A DNA stretch of 64,000 bases from Microthyrium microscopicum (Eukaryota). The stretch lies in NCBI GenBank assembly GCA_010405405.1, contig MU004240.1, positions 200,316 through 264,315 of the forward strand, written 5' to 3'. The translations under genes and the position numbers were made by a program. Under the pieces are notes generated by a model. The model searched no databases. It was not told where the DNA came from and saw only the letters and a list, made by a program, of their open reading frames with translations. Positions 63,410-64,000 of this stretch are shown here, piece after piece (the first letter of the stretch is position 1; each line of letters begins with the position of its first letter).

Positions 63410-63619
63410 TATGATGATTCCTCTTCACAGGCTTGACAGCGGTCTTGCCCTAGAGGGGCTACCCCTACACGGTGACGTCATAGTCACGTGTGGGTGGTCC
63501 GTGCGCGGATCCTCTACTACTTCAGCGCGCCTCCGTAGCTCTAGATCTCTCTTCCCTAGCTTTGCATTCAATATACTATCTTGATCTACTACGGCTCCCG
63601 TATCTCCAGGATCCTCACA
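63410..63619 (+). repeat. 3' LTR
   Basis: Copy of the 5' LTR; terminal TG is mutated to TA and it ends in TCACA. Confidence 0.95.
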
Positions 63620-64000
63620 AAAACTAAGAAGAACCTTATAATAGATAAGGGACCTACTAAAGCAGTATATAAGGTAGTAATAGAGAGGGTAATCCCTCTA
63701 TAGATAGCAGAGAGGAAGAATCTATTAGGGTATAATATTTTGTATAATAAATTTAGATAAGCGCTTAATTAATTTAAACCTATTTAGACGTAGTATTATA
63801 ATATTATTAACGCTAAAAAGGGCACTTTTAAAACTAAGAGGGTACAAAAGGAAGATAGCTTTATAATGCGTAATAATCTTACTTAACGATTCGTAGATAA
63901 GGGCACCTTATTAATTAATATTCTTTTAGATAGTAATAGCGACATTAAAGAATTATCTAATAATCCTAAAGAGATATTAGTAGGGATATAATAAGATATT

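Larger units (their letters stand above)
62582..63619 (+). mobile_element. Non-autonomous miniature LTR retrotransposon (TRIM-like), 1,038 bp
   Basis: Two 210-bp direct repeats; AAAAC duplicated at 62577-62581 and 63620-63624; purine tract AAAGGGGGG just before the 3' LTR; 618-bp internal region with no convincing gag/pol ORF. Confidence 0.93.
61670..64000. repeat. Heavily RIP-mutated AT-rich repeat relic, interrupted by the LTR element; continues beyond the window
   Basis: Abrupt switch to TpA-rich, CpA/TpG-depleted sequence (tag/cta/taa everywhere) with no intact ORFs. Confidence 0.85.

Noticed and set aside
1..64000. CRISPR arrays, rRNA genes, prokaryotic operons, PKS/NRPS backbone genes
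   Set aside because: None seen; the sequence is fungal, with spliceosomal introns and no repeat-spacer arrays.

Overview
Eukaryotic, intron-containing DNA from a filamentous ascomycete (Pezizomycotina, plausibly Dothideomycetes). This rests on GT-AG introns of about 45-60 nt with CTAAC/CTRAY branch sites, a HET-domain gene, a Zn2Cys6 factor and RIP signatures. About 26 protein genes can be supported. Conserved genes (IFRD-domain, UBL/HERP-like, MAD2, GCP3/SPC98, COG8, STS1/cut8, MTR4, COX7C, IGO1, MYG1, ICE2, R3H-SUZ) alternate with accessory stretches. The first accessory stretch is a ~13.5 kb island holding a HET gene, a TA-flanked MITE, an F-box/LRR gene, a damaged small secreted protein, a Stig1/CBM-like secreted protein and two DUF7918-like paralogues. 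The second is a right-hand block with a putative PHM-type copper enzyme, a Zn2Cys6 regulator, a TetX-like monooxygenase and a beta-lactamase-family hydrolase, running into RIP-mutated repeat DNA. The clearest non-gene structure is a complete 1,038-bp non-coding LTR element (TRIM-like): 210-bp LTRs, AAAAC target-site duplication and a PPT. Its primer-binding site is complementary to its own LTR, suggesting Tf1-style tRNA-independent self-priming. All family assignments come from motif recognition by eye, not database searches. The GTG/TTG starts in the ORF track were replaced by ATG/spliced models.
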